Part shown: piece after piece, positions 13,843 through 23,451 of the stretch | Layout of the letters: the number at the start of each line of letters is the position of its first letter | How positions within the stretch are numbered: the first letter of the stretch is position 1 | DNA from: Moniliella sp. 'wahieum' | Lineage: Eukaryota | NCBI GenBank assembly: GCA_003971905.1 | Contig: RSEE01000088.1 | Span: forward strand, 248,001 to 298,760 | Direction of reading: 5' to 3' | DNA: 50,760 nt | Notes under the pieces: model-generated | The model's database searches: none | What the model saw: only the letters and a program-made list of their open reading frames with translations | What the model was told of the DNA's origin: nothing | Program-made: the position numbers and the translations under genes

Positions 13843-15396
13843 GGTGGAGGGGTTGAGGAGACAGAGTGGTGGGAGAAAGAAGGGGAGGCGAGCGGCGGGC
13901 GGGTGGGCGTACGCGGCTGCGGCCACCGCCGCCGCGGCGTCTGGCACGGAGGGAGCAGCGCCACGGCGGCGGCGGCGGCGGCTGGGCGGGCAGCGCAGAT
14001 GGAATCAGAACCGGCCCAAGCGCCCGCAGGGGGCAGTGTGGTGCTGCTGACGGCCTGTGCACACGTGTTGGGGGCATGCATTCGCTGGTCCTACCGCCCC
14101 AGCCGGCCCCAGCCGGCACCGGCGTGTGCCCGCCTGCCGCCGCGTGCCGTCGCCTGCGCCAGCGCACGCCAGCTGCTCGGACCGCCCTCCGCCCGACACT
14201 GGCGCTCCGCTCGGGCAGGCGATTCGTTCCGATCGGGCACTGCGCCCGTGTCGGCACTTTTCTGCCGCTGCCGGTCTGCCCCGCCACCGCCCGGTTATGT
14301 AAGGAGCACCACACATCGCGCCCAGCCATCGGTGCATTCCCTCATTCACGAGCCCCCGCAGCAGCCGGGTTGGAATGGCGCTGCAGTGGGAACGTTGAAC
14401 ATTTGAAGCGGCGGTGCCATGCTGGAAGAGCATCGGGGACCCAAAGGTTGCCGGTTAGGAGCAGAGCATTCCGACAAGGTGTGCAGACGGAAAATTTGCT
14501 GACCCACCAGTCTTCCAGCTTCAAGCACGTCTCAAGGAGCCCAGAGAAGAAGGGAGGGAGAGCGAGCAGACCGTGCGCAACCTGCTAGCACAACTCTTCC
14601 GCCTGACTAAATGAGCGTCATCGATCAACTTATTGAGGGTCGTCGCAGAAGGGAGAGACGGAGGCGGACCCACCTTCATTGAATTCTTTGGGCACTATAT
14701 CCTCTCGCACATATCCCACCAAAGATATATTCTAAGAGAGGTGAGCGAATAGCTGAAGACGGGTCACTTCAGTCCAAGTCCGACATCAGCCTGCCATGGG
14801 ATTTGACTGGCATCTCTGCTTTAGCTTTGTAAACAGAATGACGGTGTGCGGCCCGTCGTCCGCAGGTGAACTATAGATGATGCAGATATGATATGCAGAT
14901 GACGCCAACACGCTATACATATCACTACTCTGCATATCACCAGTCGGCGTGGCAAAAGGGGAAATCATCTTCTTTCCACAGCCATAAGATCTGTCAATGA
15001 TATGGTTACAATCAAGAGGAAGGCAGGTTTGAGGGGCACTATATCTTACACATGAAGCTTCAAGCAGTCTCGCTAGGGATTGATTTGCCCCAAGAGAGGA
15101 GCCCACAATACCAAAACATCATCACTGACAGGAAAAATGGTTCCAAGGTATAGCAGGTGTGTGGAGATTGGGGGGGAATTATGCGACATTTGAACGGTTC
15201 ACACACATGTCAATGGCGTACGTCTCAATGTCACATGGGCATCATCGATCATCGAAGGAGAGAAAAGGAAGATAGGTCCACAATTCCAACAGAAACCAGC
15301 TGTTGTAGGACCACAAAAAAATAAGAAGGGCAAGAGTGAATAGCATCCCAACGAATGACCGAGGGGCTTGCCGGTGACTGACAAAACCACAAAAGC

Positions 15397-16692
15397 TCAA
15401 GACGAGGACGGCTTGGCGTAATTGGCCATCTTGTCAAAGACGGCGTAAATGTTGTTGACGCGATTGACGTTGACGTTGGCCGAGGCGCTGGCCGAGGCTA
15501 AAGACTTGGACTCACTCGCGAACGATGCTTGGCTAACGCTGTCCACCGACGCCACGGAAGCACTAGACACGGCAGCTTGCGACACCGACGCCTTCGAAGC
15601 CGACTTTGACGCCGACGAGACGGACACGATGGACGAGGCACGAATGGCGGAGGCCTTGGAGACTGCGCTCATGTGGGCCAAGTGGGACGCTAGACTCTGA
15701 GCGGATTCGACCGATTCGACCGAAGCAACGGACGCTTTCGAAGCAGCCTCCGTGGCGGCAGAAGCTTTCGATGCGGCAGAAGCTTTGGATGCCGCAAGGA
15801 GGGACGTGTGGGAACGCCACGCTTCAGCAGCCGATGCAGAAGATGCAGAAGCCAAAGAAGCAGCCGATGCAGCTGCTTGGACCGAATGGACCGAAGCCAG
15901 CGACTTGGACTTTTGCTCAGCTTTGACCGAAGCAACCGAAGCAGCCGAACGAGAAGACGCAAGAGAGGCGGACTTGGATTTGGCTGCACTGTCATCAGAA
16001 CCCGAGTGAGACGGTGCATGGGTAGGCTTAGCCGACCCACCGTTGTTGCCACACGGAGAGTGGGTACCATCATTAAATGCCCATTTGACCGGGAAGATAC
16101 CAACGGTGTGGTCCGCGAGCTGTCCAAACAGACCATACGTCAAGTCGATATCACACTGGAGAGAGAAAAGATGTCGCTGGTCAGCCCCAGTTAAACGAGA
16201 GGCAAAAAAGGGCGGGAGAATACATACAATGTTGCCGCAGGTATTACCCGTCTGGGGACATTGGTCCATAATCTGGGCTTGGGTTGTGGAACCGTCTGGA
16301 CCGGTGATGGTGATGCCCTTGTAGCACAGCTCCGAGGCACTAATGCCCTGGCTGGCAAAGTACGCCCAGCCAACTTGGGAAAGCGCGACAGCTGGGGTTG
16401 CGTCGGACAACCAGCGGCCGCATGAACTTTGGGCGCCTCCTTCGGTGACGGGGTGGTACCAGGTGGCCTCGCCGCCGCGCTTGTCGAGGCTGCGGTCCGA
16501 GAGGGTGTGGTTGGCCAAATAGGCGTGGCGGGCGGCGGGCTTCACCGGCGGTTGGGCGTCGCCGCGACGGGAGGGAGAGTGGGCCGAGGAACGCATGTGG
16601 CGTGAATGCTGCCGGGCATTGTGAGGAGAAGAGAGGGCAGAGACGTGGGCCAGCAGTGCCAGCAGGCCCAAGGCGAGGGATAGGCGGGCCAT
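15397..16692 (-). CDS. Secreted expansin-like/RlpA-type DPBB protein with a Ser/Ala-rich tail; in-frame intron 16156-16227
   Basis: Signal peptide MARLSLALGLLALLAHVSA, Kex2-like LDKR, GEATWY...SCG...VAL...C.K.ITI...AQIMDQCP...DIDLT..LF..LAD..VG..PV.W, then a long S/A/K-rich region. Confidence 0.85.
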   Translation of the reverse strand: MARLSLALGLLALLAHVSALSSPHNARQHSRHMRSSAHSPSRRGDAQPPVKPAARHAYLANHTLSDRSLDKRGGEATWYHPVTEGGAQSSCGRWLSDATPAVALSQVGWAYFASQGISASELCYKGITITGPDGSTTQAQIMDQCPQTGNTCGNIVCILPPFFASRLTGADQRHLFSLQCDIDLTYGLFGQLADHTVGIFPVKWAFNDGTHSPCGNNGGSAKPTHAPSHSGSDDSAAKSKSASLASSRSAASVASVKAEQKSKSLASVHSVQAAASAASLASASSASAAEAWRSHTSLLAASKASAASKASAATEAASKASVASVESVESAQSLASHLAHMSAVSKASAIRASSIVSVSSASKSASKASVSQAAVSSASVASVDSVSQASFASESKSLASASASANVNVNRVNNIYAVFDKMANYAKPSSS

Positions 16693-17243
16693 GGCAAAGA
16701 GCGTGGTGGATGGGCGAGAGGGTGGAGGGAAACAAGCAGAGGCCGATCCCAGGGGCAGATCGGCAGCAAAAGGGAGAGGCGGGGCGAGGAAAAGGGGCAA
16801 CGGTGGTGGCAGCGCAGACAGACCGAGCAGAGTGTGGCAGCAGACAAGGTGTGGCTGCCGCAGACTGTAGCCTGCTCTGGCTCGTACCTGCTGGCTCTTG
16901 GGGCAAGAGGAGCACCCCTGTCGGCAAATTACAACGCGCGAGGCGGGGCGGGGGGCAAGTGTGTATTGGCATCGGTCTGACCAGCAGCACGCTTCGGGAG
17001 TCCGCAGGCGGCGCAGCAGGACCAGGCCCCGACGATCAATAAGTTTGGTGCAGCCACACTGCCCTCGTCCGGCGAGAGCAGGACGCATGGCCCCGTGCTG
17101 CTGATCGAGGAGGTACGGAGGCAGTGGGTCTTGGCAGGCTGCCGCGCGCATTTAGGGTGCCGTGGTGCCACACTGTTGCCACACTCCACTTGGCCGTTCG
17201 TGCCGGCCGCGGGGGGGGCAGTGAGAGCGGGCGCTTAGTGCGT

Positions 17244-17288
17244 CGTGGTGCCTGGATGCATCAGGCAGGCGCCACGCAACCCTAACCC
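17244..17288 (+). ncRNA. Candidate telomerase RNA template region (hairpin plus AACCCTAACCC); full extent unknown
   Basis: 11-bp stem 17244-17254/17266-17276 with one G-U pair, ending 1 nt before an 11-nt complement of TTAGGG repeats (17278-17288), in a non-coding gap. No pseudoknot or CR4/5 identified. Confidence 0.25.
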
Positions 17289-17981
17289 AATATGCCGCGG
17301 CTCCATTGAAGATGGCAGGAACTGGCGTAACCGGTACCCCCCCCAAGCGGAGAGACGCGCGGCCCAGCGGTGTCTCCCAGGCTTCTCCAGCAGAGTATTC
17401 CGGCACAGAAGCGTGCCTAAGTGCTTGCAGTCTGGGTACAAACATAAGCGGAATTGGGCATGTTTTGGCACAAAGGAATCATTAATCAACGTCAATCTGC
17501 TTCACATCTCCCAGCGTTTGGCCTTATTAGGCCTTATGGACGAACTTGGAGAAGAAGCACGCTCCACCATGGCCAGAGTCTTGACCGGGTGCACGCCAAT
17601 CTACAGCAGGTGAACGCGGGGCTGGGTGTTGTGTTTGCCGGACGACAGCCACGGGACGGACCAGGTGGCACTCAACTACGCGCTTGCCCGCGACTCCCTC
17701 ACCACGCACAATGTGCTTCGACACACCATTCCCACGAAGAAGTCCAAGCTCGCCTGCACCAGGGCGGCCCGGCGCCCACGTCCTTCCCGCGTGGACTGGG
17801 CGCCGTGCCTGTTCCCGACTGGGAGAAGGATGTGTTTTGGAACCGGACGTTGCCCTCAACCTAATCCTATCTAAGATTGCCTCCTACTCCCATGTAGACC
17901 CCAGCGCGCCAATCCTACTCCAACCCACAACCAAAGACAGATGGAATCGTGAATTGTCGCCCGTCCATGGGCTTGATGCGA

Positions 17982-18052
17982 GGCTCGGCGGGCTCGGCTC
18001 GGCTCGGCTCGGCTCGGCTAGGCTCGGCTAGGTTAGGCTCGGCTAGGCTAGC
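17982..18052. repeat. Pentanucleotide microsatellite (GGCTC/GGCTA)n
   Basis: ggctcggctcggctc...ggctaggctcggctaggttaggctcggctaggctag. Confidence 0.9.
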
Positions 18053-18360
18053 TGCCTCGCACCCGGGACGGGGCAAGTGGTTCCCCCAAGCCGACTGGGG
18101 AGTCGGCTTTCGCCAGAGCAGCCCATCATGATGATGATGGCACGTGCTCTGGGGCGATATGAAAAACAAAAAAAACAGGTCTACTCCCCCTGCGGAGCAA
18201 AACCACGTTGAAACAAACGAGACACACTCGGTGGCGCTCCTAGGTGCCGGATCGGTACGCTCGATACCTTGACACTTGAACTTGACGCTTGACATGCTGA
18301 GAAAGCGGGCGCTGACGAGTAGCGATTGGCGATTGGCGATTGGCAATTGGCGCTTAGCAC

Positions 18361-21300
18361 TTAGCCCTTGCGCAGCATCGCCACCACTTCTCGCGGCGTC
18401 GCGGCCGCCACTCCATACGCACGCGCCTTGAGTCGAAGGTTGGTGTCCAGCGTGACCAGCAGCACCGGCAACTCGTCCCCCGTCGGCGCGGGGCCGGGGG
18501 AAGACGCATGCCACACGGCCGTGCGCAGGATCACATCGTCCAGGCTGCGCGCAGGGATGGGGCCGTCAAATTCAATCTGCTCAGAGCGGACATTCAGGTC
18601 GGGGTCCACCAGGTAGTTGCCGCGACTGGTCTGCACCCGTGCTTTCTTGCCGTGCAGCGCTTTGGAAAGCTGGGTCAGGGCCGAGCGTGCTGAGCGCGCG
18701 ACCGAGGCAGAGGGGCTGTTGCGCAACCCATCCAACTCGGTGACCACTACCAGCGGAACCACCACGTCCCAGCCCGATGCGACGGCCAAGACGCCCCCAT
18801 CGTTGGCAAAGCCGTCGATGCCTTGCGCGACGAGCAACACGTTCGTGTCCAGCACCAAGGTCGTCTTGCCCTTCCTTGCTCCCTGAATCTTGACCACCAC
18901 TTCCTTCTTGCCCTTCTTTTTCTTCCCCGAGGCAAGCACCTTGCGTAGTGTCCGTTCCCGTATCTGTGCACAGCCGTTAGTTCTCCTCTCTCCCGCATCG
19001 GCGGCATCAAAATACAAATACGAACCTTGAGCGCCCGCACATCCTCGGGCAAATCAGCATCCTTCATCGATGCCTCCGAGCTGTACCCTTCCTCCTCGTC
19101 CAAGTCAACGTCAAAGTCAAAGGAAGACAGAATGTGACTTTGCTCTTCCTCCATCTTCCAGCGCTCCATCTGGCCCGTCAACGGCGGCACCAGCTCCAAC
19201 TTGCCCCCGGAACTGTCCAAGCCGGGGACCAAGCGGGTCAGGGCCACCAGCAAATGACCTACCCGGCCCCAGCGCAACTTGGTCAGAGGATCCCCATTCC
19301 CCACCTCCTCTTCTTCCGGCTCTTCCGTATCGGCTGCCCGCTCATAATCCAGCGCTTCCAGTTCCGTGCCGAACCGCAGCCGCACGGGCCAAGGCCGCTT
19401 GTTGCGCGCCTTGAGCGGCGGCGGGGTGTAATACCAAAATCCGCGCTCGTACACACGCCGCCCTACCCAGCCCATGCCTCGCACAGCCCAGTCTTCCGGC
19501 AGCGGCGGCACCGAGCCGATCTTCCCCCCGGCCGTTTGAACGAACGTGGTGCGGCCTTGCTCGGTCGGATCGGGCAGGCCGTCGGGGATGGCGAGGGAAA
19601 GTGCGAGGAGCGCATGGTAGGGCACGCCAGGCGACAAAAGCGTATACACCCCGCCCATCCTGGCAGCGGTATGCAGAAGCGTAATCATGCCCGTGACATA
19701 GGCCGTGGGCATGACACTGGACAGGGGATCGTCCACGATCCGCTCGATGATCACCTTGAGCATCGCAAACGAGAGCTTGCGCGCAAGCAGGAAGGCAGCT
19801 GGCAAATCCTCCTCCTCTACTGGAGGTTCTTCTCTCCCTTCGTCCCATGCTTGTGTCAGCACCGCCTCCTCCGCCCCATACTGGAACAAGGATGCAATGT
19901 TGGTGCTGAGCATCCGCATGAACATAGCCTGCGTCAAGTTGGCACCCTGCACTGTATCCTCCTCCCCACGCTCGAGCGGCGTGGAAGCAAGCAGGAAGAG
20001 AAAGCGATCCAAAACAGCAGGAAAGTCATCGAGATCCACTCGGGCAAGCAGAGCGCCATGAAGCCAGACAAATAAGTCCGTCAAGCTGCCCCGGCGTAAG
20101 CGCGCCAGCTGGCTCGCCCCATCAAACATGGACAGTGCCGTTTCCCGTGCGGCGGGGTAGGGATGAGCCGCGGTCATTGCTTTTGAAAAATGATGGAGAG
20201 CGCGCAAGTCGTCTCCACGAGCAAGAATGCCGAGGTGGTGGTGCAGCCGTCCCGTGCCCGGAACGTCCGACAAGGCCTTGGCATACCATTCCGCCGCTGT
20301 AACCTTCCAGACATCGCGCTCTTCCAACGTCCAATCCCCGAGCGCGTCACTCCCGATCGAGGCTCCGTCATTTCCATCTTCTTGTGGCTGATCTGGGTCG
20401 GCGGGTGAGCCCGAGCGCGCAAAGGGACCACGGACGCGCGGCGGTTTGTTCCGAATTGCATTTCCAGATGGACCCGCCGACCCATGGCCCGCACGAAGCT
20501 CTAGGCCGGCAACAGCCATCCTGTACCGCGCCAGGTCACCCAGCGATTCCATCCACGCGGTCCGCATGGAGGACAGCGCCTCGTTCTCGAGCAAGTTGGC
20601 GTACAGGTGCATAGGCAAAGTAGATAAACTCGGTCAAGTGGTCCAAGAGCGCGCGCTGCAGCGCTTCTCCATCCCCCGAGGTGAGACCTTGGTTGGAAGG
20701 CAGCGTGTGGCGCAGCCGCTCGAGCATGATATGGAAGCCCACCTGCCACAGCCGAACTGGCGTGTTGTATTCAGACGGAAGGGAACGCCAGCTGGGCAGG
20801 GCACCTGGACCCAAACACAGCTCAAGGAACTTGACATGCAGCAAGGCCAGACGCTTGTGCTTCTCAATCAGCGAGATCCAAGGGGCATGGTCGACATCGC
20901 GAGCGGCACTGGCGCTGGCAACAGTGGTGGTGGTGGCGCTGTTGCTGGTGCTAATGCTGGAGGTGGTGGTGCGGGCGGGATGGCGACGCATGTCCTGGGA
21001 CGAATGGGCGTGGGCAGCAGCGGCATGCTCTTCCTGCAGTTCGGCTTCGAGCCGGCTCAGGTCATGGTACGTCCGCTTAATGTCGGCCACATAGCTGTTG
21101 CCGCGCTCGCTCTCGGCCGAGGTGGCACTAGTGCCCTTGCGGCGGCGGCGCTCGCGGCTGGTGCGGCTCAAGTCGGAGCGGGTGACACTGGATGCGACGC
21201 TGCCCGGCGCAGCGCGGCGCTTCTCGGTGCCGGCGGGAGAGGCAGCAGACGCAGCAGACGCGGCGGAGGCGGCTGCGCGCTGGGTCTGGGCCGCAAAGCG

Positions 21301-21504
21301 CACTGGGTCGTGGCGGCTGGGATCAAACAGAGTGCCCGTCCGGTCGGACCGCGCGGGCCGCACCGGCGAAGCCACAGCCTCGGCCTGCGACGACTTGGGC
21401 CGCGGCGGATCCTTGTCGCGGTGCCGGTCAAACTCGGGGTCGTAGGCGCCCTGCTTGCGTGCGCGCGGTTTGGGCGCACGTGTGCTGGTGGACACCTGCG
21501 CCAT
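18361..21504 (-). CDS. Est1/SMG6-family protein (Est1 TPR-like domain plus C-terminal PIN nuclease domain); intron 18964-19025; frameshift near 20612
   Basis: YNTPVRLWQVGFH..LERLR, EFIYFAY, W.ESLGDLARYRMA, WY.KA....PGTGRLHHHLG.LA...LRAL.HFSKA. PIN motifs LVLDTNVLL, VPLVVVTELDGL, SLDDVIL and LVTLDTNLRLKA. Confidence 0.9.
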
Positions 21505-21518
21505 CGCCGCGAAGTAGG

Positions 21519-21580
21519 GGTGGTGGTGGTGGTGGCGATGGCGATGGCGATGGCGGTGGTGATGGTGATGGCGGTGGCGG
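21519..21580. repeat. GGT/GGCGAT microsatellite in the 5' leader of the Est1/SMG6-like gene
   Basis: ggtggtggtggtggtggcgatggcgatggcgatggcggtggtgatggtgatggcggtggcgg. Confidence 0.85.
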
Positions 21581-21781
21581 GCAAAATGTTGCTTCGACTG
21601 AGCACCCACTGCGCTGCGCTGCTTGAGCGCGCATTCCGCTCTCGTTTCCGCCCGGCGTCATTTAACGGACGAGCGGTGGCACTGCCCACTACTACTACAG
21701 CAAGCGGGGCTATTGCATGTTACACACGACAGCCTGTGTCAGCGCACGAGCCACGCGGGCAGCATGCCTTGCGACCCACTA

Positions 21782-23451
21782 CTACCCCACCTCCTCCGGC
21801 TTCGCCTCGGGCTTCATCGCCGGGAAGGCCAGCACCTCGGCAATGCGCTGCGCATCCGCCAGAAGCATCACCAGCCGGTCCACCCCCATCCCCCACCCCG
21901 CCGTGGGCGGCAGCCCGTGCTCCAGCGCCTCCACAAACGCCTCGTCAATCCTCTGTGCCTCCCCGTCCCCCTGCGCCGCCTGCCGCGCTTGTTCTTCAAA
22001 CCGCAGCCGCTGCTCCTGCGGGTCGTTCAGCTCCGTGTACGCGTTGGCCAGCTCTTGGCCGGCCACAAACAGCTCAAATCGCTCCGACAAGCCCGCCGTC
22101 GTCCGGTCCCCCTTGGCCAGCGGGCTCATCACCTCAGGGTGTCCCACCAGGAACGTGGGGTTGATGCACTCGGGCTCAATATACGTCCCAACCAGCTTGT
22201 CGATCAGGCGCGCCGACGTCCGTGGGTGAGCACACACGACTCCGTGCTTCCTCGCCAGCGCATCGAGCCATGCTCTCGAGTCCTCTGTGTGCAGCTCCGA
22301 GGGAGGTGGGAACGTGACCCCCAGCTTCTGCTCCAGCGTCGGGATCAGCTCCACTCGCCTCCACGGAGGAGAAAAATCGATGGTGTAGGTCTCGCCCTCC
22401 TTGGGGTGGTACACCACCTCCAAGCTGCCCTTGACCTCTTGGACAAGCGAGACAATCATCTCCTCGGTCAGGCTAAGCAGATCCCACATGTCCGCGTAGG
22501 CCATGTAAAACTCCAAGCTGGTAAATTCAGGGTTGTGAGTCGGATCAATCGACTCGTTGCGGAAGACCTTGCCCAGCTCGTAGACGCGATCAAGCCCCCC
22601 GACAACAAGCTGCTTAAGATAGAGCTCAGGTGCAACACGGAGGAACAGGTCAAGCCCCAGATCATTATGGTGGGTCTGGAATGGTCGCGCTTGCGCTCCT
22701 CCAGGAATGAGGTTCATCATGGGCGTTTCGACCTCGAGGAACCGACGCGCATCGAGAAAGTGACGGAGGAAGCGGATGACCCGAGCACGGAGCAGGAACG
22801 TTTCCTCACAGTTGGGTTGACCATCAAGTCCAAATATCGTTTCCGATACCTCATCTCTGGGTTGGTCAGCCCCCCTTTCTCCACTCCCTCGGCAGTCACA
22901 TAGCTCTTGGCAGGCAAGCGGTGCAGGCTGGGAGCGAGCAGGGTCATGCTCAAGGGGAAAAGCGTAAGTTCGCCCCTCTTTGTTCGTCCAGGCGTGCCAC
23001 GGAACCCAACCACGTCCCCGCCCCTCACGATAGTGGAGGTCCCAGCCCTCATCCTGCTCCTTGGCCGACGCCATAACCTGCACCTTGGCGCCCTCGCCAT
23101 GGAGGTCGTAGAAATGGAGCTTCGTGCCCTGCGTACGCTTTGTCATCACGCGCCCAGCAAGTGACACCGGCCCCTCCACTCGTTCCCCAGGGGCGAGCGA
23201 GGCATACCGTTCGACAAACGCAGGAATGCTCATCTCGACATGGAACTTGTGGGGGTAGGCCGACGGCAGCGAGGCAATCGTTCGTCTGCGCAGTTCGTAG
23301 TCCTGCTCTGGGCTCAGCGCCGGCGCGGGCGGGACAGCATAGAGGGGGGGGTGGTGTGGAGCACCCTCCGAGGACATGGGCACACACCCCTCCACCGTGG
23401 GAGGCTGCGTCCCACTGTCGGGAGAGCCCGAGGGCCGACCAAACGCAGCAT
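21782..23451 (-). CDS. KRS1: Class II lysyl-tRNA synthetase, cytosolic-type core; downstream ATG at 23377, upstream ATG at 23451 with a putative mitochondrial presequence; compensating frameshifts near 23030 and 22810
   Basis: [104 protein letters not shown] and VLAFPAMKP. Confidence 0.95.

Noticed and set aside
12667..14406. 579-aa plus-strand ORF and similar long ORFs (20446-22164, 21623-22903, 33380-34426, 46709-47632, 47809-48543)
   Set aside because: Antisense shadows of GC-rich, codon-biased real genes, with no recognisable domains.
21505..21609. His/Arg-repeat N-terminus (HRHHHHHRHRH) on the Est1-like ORF
   Set aside because: It depends on a non-ATG start and is the translation of a microsatellite upstream of the ATG at 21504.
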